A DNA stretch of 64,000 bases from NCBI GenBank assembly GCA_977016875.1, contig CDRNST010000036.1, forward strand, positions 2,480,001 through 2,544,000. Reading direction: 5' to 3'. This document shows positions 63,419-64,000 of this stretch, piece after piece; positions within the stretch are counted from its first letter, which is position 1; every line of letters begins with the position of its first letter. The notes beneath the pieces were generated by a model, which made no database searches, was not told where the DNA came from, and saw only the letters and a program-made list of their open reading frames with translations. Source of the DNA: Pavona decussata. Taxonomy: Eukaryota. Position numbers and translations under genes: made by a program.

Positions 63419-63843
63419 TTAGTAAGGATGCCTATATTTGCGAAATTTTTGAATTAGTATTTCTCTCTGTTTTATTGATGAGAACGATTTGCTGACAGTA
63501 ATAAAATTCAATTGGGTCAACATTGTTCTGTATAAAGTCCAATTACCATGTATGCCTTGCAGGTTAGCCAATTCTGGCAAAGGATGATCCAATGCATTAT
63601 CAGATGTGGCACACAACCATTCCCCAAGCAAAATAACATGAATTTAACTGTATCCTTATCGCCCATTGGTTTGGCCCAGAATATCCTCTGGTATTCTTGC
63701 AGCCACGCTTGTAAAGGTAAAAACGCATCGCCATTGATGGTTTGGAACAATTTCCTTCCTTTGGTAATAATGTCATGTTTGCTTAGCAAACGGAACTTGC
63801 TGTGATACTTGTTCAGAGTTGTCATTTCCATGAATGCCAACAA
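63419..63843 (-). pseudogene. Unnamed small-protein family member (paralog of 48868-49230)
   Basis: KGRKLFQTINGDAFLPLQAWLQEYQRIFWAKPMGDKDTVKFMLFCLGNGCVPHLIMHWIILCQNW; the C-terminus appears frameshifted. Confidence 0.6.
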
Positions 63844-64000
63844 TGTTGCAACCTTTTGCAGGTAGCCTAACGTATCATCTGGTCCAGCACTTCAATATTT
63901 AGAGAATTTCAAAATAAGTAGGTCTCGTTAGCCCCCATGAAAGTATTCCATTGATCTTCAGAAAAGCAAAGCAGGTACAAGTATCCAGGCTTAACCATGA

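Overview
AT-rich animal genomic DNA, with an assembly gap at 13843-14035. The repeat families (tRNA-derived SINEs, TTAA-flanked Kolobok/piggyBac MITEs, a hAT5-like MITE, DIRS, Crypton, Sola1, Penelope) suggest a cnidarian, probably a stony coral; this is my inference. I found no intact host protein-coding gene. The window is a nested transposon graveyard: Crypton, L1/Tx1, DIRS/Ngaro, Kolobok-type (PF20700-like) transposase, BEL/Pao, two piggyBac relics, an intron-containing Sola1 transposase in three partial copies, two Penelope-like 3' ends with hammerhead-ribozyme cores, Ty3/Gypsy, a PHD-MULE, a P-element-like relic, a THAP-Kolobok, and many MITEs with clear TIRs and target-site duplications (TSDs). 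Known TE classes do not explain four decayed genes that look replication-related: a spliced DUF3987/YfjI-like helicase pseudogene (43125-45050), an OB-fold-like fragment (36889-37330), and two diverged paralogs of an unnamed small protein family (48868-49230 and 63419-63843). Family assignments come from motif recognition by eye, not database searches.
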